32,000 nucleotides of DNA from Candidatus Omnitrophota bacterium (GCA_023818895.1 JAMWCX010000003.1:180001-212000); one strand, 5' to 3'; numbered from the stretch's first letter, positions 1 to 9,315 are shown. Numbers and translations are program-made. Notes: a model not told the origin generated them from the sequence alone.

Positions 1-1592
1 ATTTCCTTCGGCAGAAAATTTTTGAATGCCTTCCTGAAAATATATTTTCTGGTAAAACCTTTTAGTTTTAACTGCGCCGGAATCGAGCACCCGAGATCCC
101 ACAGCTTAGCGTCAAGCATCGGATAGCGCAGGCGCACACCAAATATCTGGGCGGCCTTTTCCATCTTATTTCTTAAATCATTATCAATCAGCCCCATTTT
201 CGAGTCAAGGTAAAGCAGCCTGTTGAGCGGCGCGTCTGTCAGCGGCGCATTAAAATAGGAACTAAGAATATCTACGGGGCTGTTCTGGTTTATAGCTCTT
301 AAAAAATCCTCAGAAAATATATCCACTCTATTGTGAAAAGCGTATAACTCATAAAAACAGAGCCTTTCCGGATTCGGCATATTGGCGCGGCCGATATAAC
401 TTTCGACCTTCCTGAAAAACGGAATAGACCTAAGCACGCCGCTTAATGCTATCGGCTCCAAAAAAGCTTTACGTACGATAAGGGGCATATATTGATAGAG
501 CGAATATATTTTGTCATTCACGTAGCGCTCATATCCTGCGAAATTCTCATCACCGCCATCACCGCCAAGGAGCACGTTGACACCGTTATCGCGGGCTATC
601 TTCATACAATAGTACGCCGCGATAGCGGAAGAATTTCCGAAAGGTTCATCATATTCTTCAATCAGTTTTTCGGCTGCCTCAATAAGGTCTGGTGGCCTTA
701 CGCAATACTTGTGGTTTTTTAAGGCAAAGTGGCTTGCCGCCAGGTCAATATAGCGTGCTTCGCTGTATTTTTCCTCATCGAATACTATCGAGAAAGTCTT
801 TACTTCTGTACCGGCTATCTTTCTCATGAGACCTGAGATGGTGCTTGAGTCTAGCCCGCCGCTCAAGAATGCCCCTGTCCTGCTTAACTCTACTGACGGC
901 TCAAACCTTCTGCGGGTTGCCTCCTCGATTTCGTCTCTTATCCGACGGCAGTAATCCTCTTCGCTTATCCTTAGATTACTGGAATAATTAATGTCCCAAT
1001 ATCTTAACACTTTTACACCGCCGTTCTGAACTACAATAAGGCTTCCCGGTTCGAGCTTGACTACCATTGAATATATCGAACGGGGCGAGGGGATGAAGGC
1101 AAGCACGCAGTAATCATATATCGCCTGCGCCTCTATGGATGGTGACACCAGGGCGCTTTCGAAAATAGCCCTTGGTTTAGAGGCAAAAACGAAATATTTC
1201 CCGTTATTATAAAAACTGATAGAACCAGTACCGAAACGATCCGTGGCTACTATGAGCTTTCCTAACCTAACATCTAATATGCAGAGGTTGAACCTACCAT
1301 CTACCCGCCCCAAAAACTCCTCCCCGCTTTCCCGGTATAGTGACTCTATGAGCCTGGCGGGATCGGATGTCCGAGGATCATGTATCTCCCCGTCAATGGC
1401 GATTATGATGTCCTTAACTTCAACGAAAACACCACCTTCAGGATGAACGCAGGCGCCGATGCCAGCCTGACTTTCGGCGTGCGCAAAGATTTTTTCACCC
1501 GGCACGCTTTGCATGGAAGAAGCCATGGCAAGGATAACTTTTTCTTCAACTTTGCCGCCACCTATACTTACTATACCGCATATGCCTGACAC
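1..1592 (-). CDS. Asparagine synthetase (AsnB) family amidotransferase, divergent paralog; 3' end runs off the window
   Basis: Not in the ORF track because there is no stop inside the window. My own minus-strand translation is open from base 3 up to a GTG at 1592, preceded by TAGGGGGCCTCTT: MSGICGIVSIGGGKVEEK... Synthetase-domain signatures present: PP-loop AFLSGGLDSSTISG, LGGDGGDENFAGY, and KYIFRKAFKNFLPKE at the window edge. The N-terminal glutaminase motifs are degenerate (see findings). Confidence 0.8.
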   Translation of the reverse strand, partial: MSGICGIVSIGGGKVEEKVILAMASSMQSVPGEKIFAHAESQAGIGACVHPEGGVFVEVKDIIIAIDGEIHDPRTSDPARLIESLYRESGEEFLGRVDGRFNLCILDVRLGKLIVATDRFGTGSISFYNNGKYFVFASKPRAIFESALVSPSIEAQAIYDYCVLAFIPSPRSIYSMVVKLEPGSLIVVQNGGVKVLRYWDINYSSNLRISEEDYCRRIRDEIEEATRRRFEPSVELSRTGAFLSGGLDSSTISGLMRKIAGTEVKTFSIVFDEEKYSEARYIDLAASHFALKNHKYCVRPPDLIEAAEKLIEEYDEPFGNSSAIAAYYCMKIARDNGVNVLLGGDGGDENFAGYERYVNDKIYSLYQYMPLIVRKAFLEPIALSGVLRSIPFFRKVESYIGRANMPNPERLCFYELYAFHNRVDIFSEDFLRAINQNSPVDILSSYFNAPLTDAPLNRLLYLDSKMGLIDNDLRNKMEKAAQIFGVRLRYPMLDAKLWDLGCSIPAQLKLKGFTRKYIFRKAFKNFLPKE

Positions 1593-1602
1593 AAGAGGCC
1601 CC

Positions 1603-2949
1603 CTACAAATATTTCTTTATAACTTCCGATACCACGAACTTATATTTGCCCTCCGATCCTATCTCATCCTGGCCTACATATCTGAAGATTGTCTCGATTG
1701 CCACTCCCATGACACCGTCTATCCTGGCCTTTATATCGGTCTCCAATTTCTTTTCAAATCTATCATTGACGGACATGGTTACCACCAACTTATCCTCCTT
1801 TTCCTGAACGATCTTAAAATAATCTATTCCTTCGAGTTCCCTGAAGATGTATTCTAGGGCAAGGGGATGAATAAATTCACCGCTAGGACTGACTACATAA
1901 TCCGTATCTCTCCCAATTATCTCATCCATAATGGGGTAGGGCCTCCCACAAGCGCACCGCCTATTGCCCACAACACCTTCATCTCCTGTGCAATATCTTA
2001 TAAAAGGCATACCGTATGAATCTATATCTGTTACTACTATTTCGCCTTTTATGCCTTCTCCGACAGGCGTAGCGTCTTTTATGACCTCTGTTATTATGTT
2101 AGGGTTGATGTGCATGCTGCCAGCTGGGCATTCAAACGCCACAAGGCCGCTGTCTCTTCCGCCATAGCAGTTAGAGACAGGACATCCGAAAACCTCTTCT
2201 ATGGTCTTCCTCTGAAAGCCGTGAAGCACCTCGGCTGTGGTAAATACAACCCTTATGGCGGCGTTTCTCATTGATATACCTCTGTTCCTGGCGTATCTAG
2301 CAAGAAGGTAAATGCTATGGGCATATCCGAAAATATCCTTTGGCCTATATCTTTTTATGAAGTCCAGATAGCCGAACATTGTGGTCGCGCTCATATTAAA
2401 AGCCGGCAGAAGATGGGTGTTGAGCAGCCTATCTCGAATCTTCTTGGCTATGTTATACGCGGTAAAATCCCGCGGGCTTCCCCAGAAAACGACCTCTTTG
2501 TCCCCTATCTGGAGTCCCCACCACTCGTACAGCATAAGATACGCCGCCTTGTTTGCCGAGACCCTTTCGTTTGAAAGATAAAATATAAGCGGTTCTCCAG
2601 TAGATCCGCTGGTGGCAAGGCGCGATAACTTCCTCCTCCTATCGGAAGAAATGAACCGGCTGGGAGCCTTGCGAATCATGCTTCTTTTCAATAGAGGCGC
2701 TTTTCTTAAGTCAAGTGCGCTTTCCATAGCTTGCGGATCGAACGAGGAAACAGCAAAGGCTTCTTTATAATAATCCGTGTAATCGCGCGCATGAATAAGA
2801 AGCCTCTTAAGTTTCTCAAACTGAAATTCCGCAAGCTGCTCTTCGGAATAGGATTGTGTCTTTTTAAGTTCGTTGTAAGATTTAAATGTCTGTCTTGCTG
2901 TCAGCTTCTCATTAAGGCCATATATAAGCCGCGGAATTATATGTTTCAT
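1603..2949 (-). CDS. PaaK / coenzyme F390 synthetase / CapK-like adenylate-forming enzyme
   Basis: 448-aa ORF. ANL-type phosphate loop ATSGSTGEPLIFY about 110 residues in; length and layout are typical of the phenylacetate-CoA ligase family found in capsule loci. ATGA overlap with the upstream GT4 at 2946..2949; 10-nt gap to the downstream AsnB-like gene. Confidence 0.75.
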   Translation of the reverse strand: MKHIIPRLIYGLNEKLTARQTFKSYNELKKTQSYSEEQLAEFQFEKLKRLLIHARDYTDYYKEAFAVSSFDPQAMESALDLRKAPLLKRSMIRKAPSRFISSDRRRKLSRLATSGSTGEPLIFYLSNERVSANKAAYLMLYEWWGLQIGDKEVVFWGSPRDFTAYNIAKKIRDRLLNTHLLPAFNMSATTMFGYLDFIKRYRPKDIFGYAHSIYLLARYARNRGISMRNAAIRVVFTTAEVLHGFQRKTIEEVFGCPVSNCYGGRDSGLVAFECPAGSMHINPNIITEVIKDATPVGEGIKGEIVVTDIDSYGMPFIRYCTGDEGVVGNRRCACGRPYPIMDEIIGRDTDYVVSPSGEFIHPLALEYIFRELEGIDYFKIVQEKEDKLVVTMSVNDRFEKKLETDIKARIDGVMGVAIETIFRYVGQDEIGSEGKYKFVVSEVIKKYL

Positions 2950-4067
2950 TTTGATAAGAGCTCCTTATACACCTTATCTATTTTATCCGAGATGATCGGC
3001 ATATCGTATTTCTCTTTAGCCTCTTCAAGGTTTCTTTTGCCCATAGATTTTCGAAGGACTGCGTCAGAAGATAGGGTTATTATCTTTTCCGATAATGAGA
3101 TGATATCACCGGGTTTAACCAGAAAGCCGTTTATTCCGTCTTTTGCTATTTCTGGTATGGCGCCTACATCCGATACCACAGCCGGCAGGCCCGCGGCCAT
3201 CGCCTCTAAAAGGGAATTAGGCATGTTTTCATGATAAGACGGTAATACAAATATATCTGACGAAAGGTAATAGTTATACTTATCTTGGCCTGATAGCTTT
3301 TCGGCGTACCAGAAAACGTCGGATAGACCTTTTTCTTTTATAAGGCTCAGCAGCTCATCGATCTCGCCCTCAAACTCCCCTATGCCGCAAAAGATAAACC
3401 TTGCCTTATTTATCTTTTCGAGTATAAGAGGAATAGCGAAGACCAGGTCAAACGAACCTTTTCTGCGTCCTATCGGTCCTACATGCAATATTACAATATC
3501 TGTGGCTGATAAGCCAAGGCGTGGGCGGATATTTTCCTTTAACCTTAGTTCGCTAACTTTAACGCCGTTCGGTATAACCGATATCTTAGCGGGCTCGCTC
3601 ATAGTAACCAAGACCTCTTTCCAGTAGCTGGAAAGCGCTATTATCCTGTTAGACATGCCAAGCACTACTCGGATGGCCCACTTAGCTATGTAAGGGGCCT
3701 CTTCGTAGAACTCTACAAAACTACCACCTCTCAAATGAAGGATGATTTTTTTTCGAAATAACCTACTTACTACGATATCAATGCCACGCCTATAAAAATA
3801 CTGAAAAGACGACATCTGGACATGTATTAACGCCGGATTTTTGCGCATAAGAATATAAAACAATCTCCAAAAAAGCCGTATCTGATGAAACATTCTTTTC
3901 AATATGCTGGCTTTTTTGTCTCTTGTCTTGCATCCTGTTACATCAAGCACGTAAAAAGTGTAGGACTCACGCAGTTTTGACGTAACGATGTTTTCCATCG
4001 ATATGGTCATTCCTCCGACAGGAGGTGCGACCGGCCCTATGAGCAAAACTTTTCTCTTATCAACCAT
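2946..4067 (-). CDS. Glycosyltransferase family 4 (GT-B fold)
   Basis: The ORF track gives 2946..4109. I prefer the ATG at 4067 (MVDKRKVLLIGPVAPPVGG), which overlaps the upstream stop by 8 nt. C-terminal GT4 motif HENMPNSLLEAMAAGLPAVVSDVGAIPEIAKDGINGF. Confidence 0.85.
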   Translation of the reverse strand: MVDKRKVLLIGPVAPPVGGMTISMENIVTSKLRESYTFYVLDVTGCKTRDKKASILKRMFHQIRLFWRLFYILMRKNPALIHVQMSSFQYFYRRGIDIVVSRLFRKKIILHLRGGSFVEFYEEAPYIAKWAIRVVLGMSNRIIALSSYWKEVLVTMSEPAKISVIPNGVKVSELRLKENIRPRLGLSATDIVILHVGPIGRRKGSFDLVFAIPLILEKINKARFIFCGIGEFEGEIDELLSLIKEKGLSDVFWYAEKLSGQDKYNYYLSSDIFVLPSYHENMPNSLLEAMAAGLPAVVSDVGAIPEIAKDGINGFLVKPGDIISLSEKIITLSSDAVLRKSMGKRNLEEAKEKYDMPIISDKIDKVYKELLSK

Positions 4068-5037
4068 GAATCGAGCTATATACCTCTCCGGCTGTGAAAC
4101 TCTCAACACCCTTTTTACTTAATATGTAGTAAAGAATACTCTTAAGGTTTTCTATACGGAGAGTTCTTTCCTTATCCGTTCTTGAATAAGGGCACGCGCC
4201 TGTCATACATAGCGAGGAGTGAAATGTAAGATGGAGTATGCCGCCACCTCTTTCAATGACAGCGTTGACAAGGTTTTTCATCTGCCCTAAATCAGCGCTT
4301 TCCGGAGAAAGTTTAATTATAGGCGGCATTCCAAACAGCGTGAAAAGCCCTACAAGGTGCAACCACTTAGGCAAAAGACGCAGCCTCATGTGAACTTCCC
4401 TCCATCTTTCGAAATCTTTATTATAAAATCCACACGTAACTGGAACCTCCAAAAGGTTATTGTTCTTACCCGCTGATGGACGGCATATATCGTTGTAAGA
4501 GGGATAATACGGCGTAAAGGGTGCCGTGAAAAAATCTGCACCCCCTTCGCAAGAATATTCGGTTAGGGGTATTACACTTACATCTATTTTGTATCCAAGT
4601 TCCGCAAGTATTTCTATCGTCTCGCCATCGGCCGCCCACCTGCCGGCCCTGAAAGTTACAGGCCTTACGCCAAAGGACTCTTCCAACTTACGGGTAAGTA
4701 ACTCTATCTTATGTTTTTCCAACTCACGGCTCAAACGGCACTGGGCCGATTTCGCTATAACATCGTCGCGCGTAGAAGACGGTACGTTCCAGTGGTGAAG
4801 ATGTGCTCCTATCTCGCAACGTCCCGAATAATAAATATCTTTTAGGATAGAAGCGGACTCCTTGTCCGTAGCCACAGGATATGTTACAAGATATACGGGT
4901 CTCACACCAATGGAATCGAAGATATCTTTTTGCAATTCAGGAATAAAGCGAATATTTGCCGTATCGGGCCATTTGGACGACCCTGGCCATTCCCAGTTCT
5001 CTTCCGCATCCACGGTTACGATCAGTTTTGTTCCCAT
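4060..5037 (-). CDS. Divergent polysaccharide deacetylase-like (CE4 superfamily) protein, cytoplasmic
   Basis: The ORF track gives 4060..5061. The ATG at 5037 (MGTKLIVTVDAEE) follows AGGAGG at 5041..5046, whereas the ATG at 5061 has no RBS. TVDAEE and GAHLHHW resemble CE4 motifs 1 and 2. No signal peptide. Confidence 0.6.
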   Translation of the reverse strand: MGTKLIVTVDAEENWEWPGSSKWPDTANIRFIPELQKDIFDSIGVRPVYLVTYPVATDKESASILKDIYYSGRCEIGAHLHHWNVPSSTRDDVIAKSAQCRLSRELEKHKIELLTRKLEESFGVRPVTFRAGRWAADGETIEILAELGYKIDVSVIPLTEYSCEGGADFFTAPFTPYYPSYNDICRPSAGKNNNLLEVPVTCGFYNKDFERWREVHMRLRLLPKWLHLVGLFTLFGMPPIIKLSPESADLGQMKNLVNAVIERGGGILHLTFHSSLCMTGACPYSRTDKERTLRIENLKSILYYILSKKGVESFTAGEVYSSIHG

Positions 5038-5191
5038 AATCCTCCTGGCTTTACTACCCATTGACTAGGTAATGCTATGATACTTTTTGTACCAGTACCC
5101 GAACGACATAATACCTATAGTTATAGTCGCACAACTCCACTACAAGTTCCGATATCTTGGCATTTTCATTCTTAAACCTTTTTGCCTGTGG

Positions 5192-6304
5192 TCACTTTTG
5201 ATTCGTCATCTTCCATGATAATGCGGAGAATGTCGACGCATCCCCATCCCCAGATGATAGGAACCAACCTAAGCTACCTTCTCTAACCTTTTCGTTTGAC
5301 CTGTAGATGGCCACCGGCAAAGCCAGTTGCCGTGTAATAAATCCTTCCGTGGCCGCCGTGTCGCATATAAAAGCATCCACAGCATTCATGTAAACTGATT
5401 CGAGCCCACTTGATTTGGCATGCGTTGTCGCTACCCTTAAAAGCATGCGGCGCGCGTTCGCGTCGTTTTTTAAAGTAAAAATGTCTAATATTCGGGCGAC
5501 CTTTATACTACCATTTAAAATTTCGTGCTGAATAACAATATAACCACTAAGGTCCCCTTTCCGATCGGATACCATATAAATAACTCTTTCGCCAAAGGGA
5601 AATTCCACATAACGCCAGTTAAGATACCGGCTGTTTTTCACAACAAGCGCGCTATAGGTGGTTGCGGCTTTTTCAAAAAATTGGTCAAATTGTTCGGTAA
5701 AACTATCTATCTTTTCGACAACATAATCATCTTCGGAGAAGTTCTTATTCAGTCTTGACAAATAACCGCGCAGCAACACGCGCTGTAACATGAACCAGGC
5801 TAAAATAGCGGATATGCGCGAGCCTTTCTTCTTGATCAACACTTTAGGCGGGTTTATAACCTTGACGCAATAATACCGCGTAAATGGAATCTCTAAAGCG
5901 CCTAGCCGTGTTTCTATATCGTAACTTGTTTTGTTGGGCGTGGTCCCAACGACAACCGGAAATTTATCGGATCTCCAGATAAGATTGAGGAGCTTTAGGC
6001 CGTGAAATCTAAAATCATTGGCTACCGCCAGGTCTATTTCAAAACAACCGTATGTATCTTTTTGGTTTATCCTGAAAAGCGCCGGCACAAGCGCTACCAT
6101 TCCAACTATGCGCTTGCCATTTTCAAGGACCAATCCCACGGGAAAATCGTCCCTTCGATAAGGATTGCCTATAAGCTCCCAATTATAGAGCTTCCTTTCT
6201 GCCGCGGGGTCAAAATCGCTTCTATTTAAAACGTCTTTCTTGAGGGCGATCATTTCTTCTAAGTCGTCGAACGTCATATGCCTGAGGCGTATGTCATTTA
6301 CCAT
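5192..6304 (-). CDS. Two-domain GNAT-fold acyltransferase (Fem/Eis-like architecture)
   Basis: 370 aa. N-terminal GNAT-like half (LRHMTFDDLEEM ... VGMVALVP ... FRFHGLKLLNLI) and a second GNAT-like half after YLNWRYVEFPFGE. Starts 5 nt after the ACP stop. Confidence 0.55.
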   Translation of the reverse strand: MVNDIRLRHMTFDDLEEMIALKKDVLNRSDFDPAAERKLYNWELIGNPYRRDDFPVGLVLENGKRIVGMVALVPALFRINQKDTYGCFEIDLAVANDFRFHGLKLLNLIWRSDKFPVVVGTTPNKTSYDIETRLGALEIPFTRYYCVKVINPPKVLIKKKGSRISAILAWFMLQRVLLRGYLSRLNKNFSEDDYVVEKIDSFTEQFDQFFEKAATTYSALVVKNSRYLNWRYVEFPFGERVIYMVSDRKGDLSGYIVIQHEILNGSIKVARILDIFTLKNDANARRMLLRVATTHAKSSGLESVYMNAVDAFICDTAATEGFITRQLALPVAIYRSNEKVREGSLGWFLSSGDGDASTFSALSWKMTNQK

Positions 6305-6309
6305 GATCT

Positions 6310-6579
6310 TTAAGACCTTTCGCTTGTCTTCGCGCTTAAAAAATCGGCTATCTTCTGTATTGAATCAAAATTCGCCTCTGTCATCTCTTCGGGCAAGATG
6401 GTTATGCCAAAGGACTTTTCAACCTCGGTCACAAGCTCAATCGCGCTCAAAGAATCCAGTATCCCTGCCGCGATTATCGAATCGGTGTCCGCCACATTCA
6501 GCGTCATTCCTCTTGAGCTAAGCTGACGGGATAGTATGGCGCGAACTTTGTCTTTGATAGCCAGATAATTCCTCGTCAT
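6310..6579 (-). CDS. Acyl/peptidyl carrier protein
   Basis: The ORF track extends to 6735, but those extra 52 codons lie inside the decarboxylase gene. The ATG at 6579 forms an ATGA overlap with the decarboxylase stop (6576..6579). The 89-aa product MTRNYLAIKDKVRAIL... carries the phosphopantetheine attachment motif GILDSLSAIELV. Confidence 0.85.
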   Translation of the reverse strand: MTRNYLAIKDKVRAILSRQLSSRGMTLNVADTDSIIAAGILDSLSAIELVTEVEKSFGITILPEEMTEANFDSIQKIADFLSAKTSERS

Positions 6580-7760
6580 AATATAACCTCTGGCGGCATT
6601 TGGTGAGTCAGAAAACCCAAAGGGCTTGCCGAATATCCGTATGCTCCGGAACATGTTATGAAAAGATAGTCGCCGGGTGCGCATACAGGCAGCTCTATAT
6701 CGTGCGCTAAGATATCGAGAGGCGTGCACAGACATCCAGCAACCGTCACTCTCTCTTTTTTACTGACTTTTTTGCCGCTGAAAATCGTTCCGATAATACG
6801 ATTACGTCTAAGCCCTTCACCTAAAAGGCCCGCTGCCGCCATATTCTGATGCATACCTCCGTCAACTATGAGAAATGCTTTCCCCCTCGACGTTTTCCTA
6901 TAAAGGACTTTCGTAACGTAAATACCTGATTGGCCGACAATAAAGCGACCTGGTTCAATAATAAAAGTCGTTTTCTTAAATACCTTGTTTGCTTGTACCT
7001 TAGCAAAGGTGTCTTTTATAAGGCTGCCCAATCTTTTTAAGTCCAAGGGCCGCTGGCCGTAATAATAAGGAATGCCAAGACCGCCTCCGAAATTTATCAT
7101 ATTTAATTTTATGTCTTCTTTATCCTGAAGACGCAAGCAAAAGTTGAGCAGATAGTTAATGTTTTTCGCTATGGTATCTTCCGACAATATCTGAGAGCCT
7201 GTGTGCATATGAACACCTGCAAAATCTATATGGCAGCAGCCTTTTATGAGTTTTAAAGCAGATGGCACGGCCTCTTCATCTATACCGAACTGCTGACTTC
7301 CGCCGCCCATCCTAATGCCCGCTGTTTCGGAGGCAAAAGCGGGATTAATCCTTATTACTACACTAGAGACCTTCCTCGCTCTTGTCGATAATTTCTCTAT
7401 CAAACTTATCTCGTCTTCGCTTTCAACGCTTATCGAACCTATTTTGTTTCTGATGGCAAAAGATAGCTCCTCCTCGGTCTTGCCTGGACCTGTAAAGCTT
7501 ATCATGGAAGGCCTGATCCCCGCCTTGAGTGCAATCCGCAACTCGCCCATAGATGCCACATCCGCGCCAGCTCCCAAACGCCCTAGCAAAGAAACGATGT
7601 GGGCATTAGGGTTTGCTTTTATTGCATAATAAATACGAAAACTTTTTGGCAAAATACCGCTAAGGGAATAATATGCTTTCTTTATAGAAGCGCGGTCGTA
7701 CAAGTAAAAAGGCGTTCTTGTCATACTTATGGCCCGCTTGATCTTATTTATATCTACCAT
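6576..7760 (-). CDS. PLP-dependent decarboxylase, fold-type III (Orn/DAP/Arg decarboxylase family)
   Basis: 394 aa. TPFYLYD, the PLP-lysine context YYAIKANPN, GGGLGIPY, and C-terminal CSGAYGYS. The start is preceded by AAGGAG. 17-nt overlap with the ligase gene. Confidence 0.85.
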   Translation of the reverse strand: MVDINKIKRAISMTRTPFYLYDRASIKKAYYSLSGILPKSFRIYYAIKANPNAHIVSLLGRLGAGADVASMGELRIALKAGIRPSMISFTGPGKTEEELSFAIRNKIGSISVESEDEISLIEKLSTRARKVSSVVIRINPAFASETAGIRMGGGSQQFGIDEEAVPSALKLIKGCCHIDFAGVHMHTGSQILSEDTIAKNINYLLNFCLRLQDKEDIKLNMINFGGGLGIPYYYGQRPLDLKRLGSLIKDTFAKVQANKVFKKTTFIIEPGRFIVGQSGIYVTKVLYRKTSRGKAFLIVDGGMHQNMAAAGLLGEGLRRNRIIGTIFSGKKVSKKERVTVAGCLCTPLDILAHDIELPVCAPGDYLFITCSGAYGYSASPLGFLTHQMPPEVIL

Positions 7761-9297
7761 ACATCTCCTTTATCAACGCGCGATCGAGTTTTCCGGAAGT
7801 CGTCTTTGGCATGTCATCTACCATCACAATCTCAGAAGGAACAGCGTAATCAGGAAGGCGCTTTGAGCACTCATCGGCAATCCGTCGTTTAGCTGCCTCT
7901 CCTCCACCTGACGACTGAACAACGGCTACTATCTTCTGCCCCAAAAATGGGTCTTCTTTGCCAAAAACTACGGCAGCGCTTATTCCTTCCATGCTATATA
8001 TAACTTCCTCTATTTCGGCCGGGCTTATCCTATATCCGGAGGATTTGATCATCTCATCGTTTCTACCTATATAATACAAAAATCCGTCGCTATCTCTTTT
8101 TACGATATCTCCCGAGAAGACGCCTATCTCATTCTTCTGTTTTCCTTCGGCACCCGCGGGTAGAGGCTTTATGATCTTTTCTGTCGCCTCTTTATTATTC
8201 CAGTAGCCAAGCGATATAAGAGCCCCTCTATGAATCAGTTCTCCTTCTTCACCTGGCGCGCATTCCATCCCCTCTTTATTCAAGACAGATATCTTCACTT
8301 CGGGTATTGCCTTGCCGATGGAGTCTGGCTTTGAAGCGACAAGCGCAGGGTCGAGATATGTGGATCTAAACGCCTCCGTAAGCCCGTACATAAGATATAA
8401 TTTAGAACGCGAGAACGAGCTAATAAGTTTTTTTACATACTCAACCGGTATTTTGCCGCCCGAATTAGTTATGTACCTCAGAGACTCGTAATTATACTTG
8501 GATAGACTTGTTGCATTCATCAGACCAAGCCATATGGTAGGTATGCCCGCAAGAGCTGTTATCCTCTCTTTCTCGATAGTTCCCAATACTTCGTCAGGGA
8601 AAACATAGTTATGCAAAACGATCGTTGCGCCGTTTCTGAAAGTCGTGAGAAGCTGGTTCAACCCATAATCGAAACTGAAGGGAAGAAGAGACAACACCTT
8701 GTCGTCGTGGCGACAGTCAAGATATGCTGAGACTATCCGAGCCCCGTCAGAGAGGTTCTTATGCGTAACCATCACGCCCTTCGGCATGCCTGTCGAGCCG
8801 GAGGTATAAATTATGCAGGCTATGCCTTCGGCCGGAGGAGGCGCCTGGGGTACTTTCGCCGCCGAGCTCCCTATATCTGTAGAAAAGTATTTACCTTCCT
8901 CGGCGTAGATTACAGATCTGCAACCCAGTTGAGCGGGTGAAGTCGCAAGTATAGCATGTGCTAGAGGTTTAGATGTTATAACAATCTTTATTCGGCAGTC
9001 GCCCATTATATGCGCTATCTGATCCTTCTTGAGCTTGGTGTTAAGTATTACAAAGATCGCGCCTTTTTTAGCCGCGGCGAATATCGAAGCCACCTGATCT
9101 GGATTCTTATCAAGATATATGCCGACCCTGTCACCTTCTTCTAATCCACATCCACCAAGCTCAGCACATAAGGCCTGACAGCGCGTCTCAATATCCGCAT
9201 AGGTGAAAGACGCCCCGCTCTTTACCACAGCTTTTTTGCCTGGCCAGCTGGAGACGCTATCAGCAAGAAATTTATATATGTTATCGCTGGTGTTCAT
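7744..9297 (-). CDS. AMP-dependent synthetase/ligase (ANL superfamily), carrier-protein or CoA ligase
   Basis: 517 aa. Core motifs IIYTSGSTGMPKGV, YGLTE, SGDIVKRDSDGFLYYIGRNDEMIKSSGYRISPAEIE, and C-terminal PKTTSGKLDR. Confidence 0.9.
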   Translation of the reverse strand: MNTSDNIYKFLADSVSSWPGKKAVVKSGASFTYADIETRCQALCAELGGCGLEEGDRVGIYLDKNPDQVASIFAAAKKGAIFVILNTKLKKDQIAHIMGDCRIKIVITSKPLAHAILATSPAQLGCRSVIYAEEGKYFSTDIGSSAAKVPQAPPPAEGIACIIYTSGSTGMPKGVMVTHKNLSDGARIVSAYLDCRHDDKVLSLLPFSFDYGLNQLLTTFRNGATIVLHNYVFPDEVLGTIEKERITALAGIPTIWLGLMNATSLSKYNYESLRYITNSGGKIPVEYVKKLISSFSRSKLYLMYGLTEAFRSTYLDPALVASKPDSIGKAIPEVKISVLNKEGMECAPGEEGELIHRGALISLGYWNNKEATEKIIKPLPAGAEGKQKNEIGVFSGDIVKRDSDGFLYYIGRNDEMIKSSGYRISPAEIEEVIYSMEGISAAVVFGKEDPFLGQKIVAVVQSSGGGEAAKRRIADECSKRLPDYAVPSEIVMVDDMPKTTSGKLDRALIKEMYGRYK

Positions 9298-9315
9298 AAA
9301 AATCCTTTATTCACC

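Noticed and set aside
492-1857. Four + strand ORFs (492..722, 1243..1446, 1380..1589, 1513..1857)
   Set aside because: They lie antisense to a continuous AsnB-family reading frame on the minus strand that has clear PP-loop and GDGGDENFAGY motifs. Their products are low-complexity, with no RBS or recognisable motifs. I treat them as shadow ORFs.
6580-6735. N-terminal 52-codon extension of the ACP ORF as listed in the track
   Set aside because: The extension lies wholly inside the 3' end of the decarboxylase gene in another frame and has an R-rich nonsense-like sequence. The ATGA junction at 6576..6579 yields a normal-sized 89-aa carrier protein.
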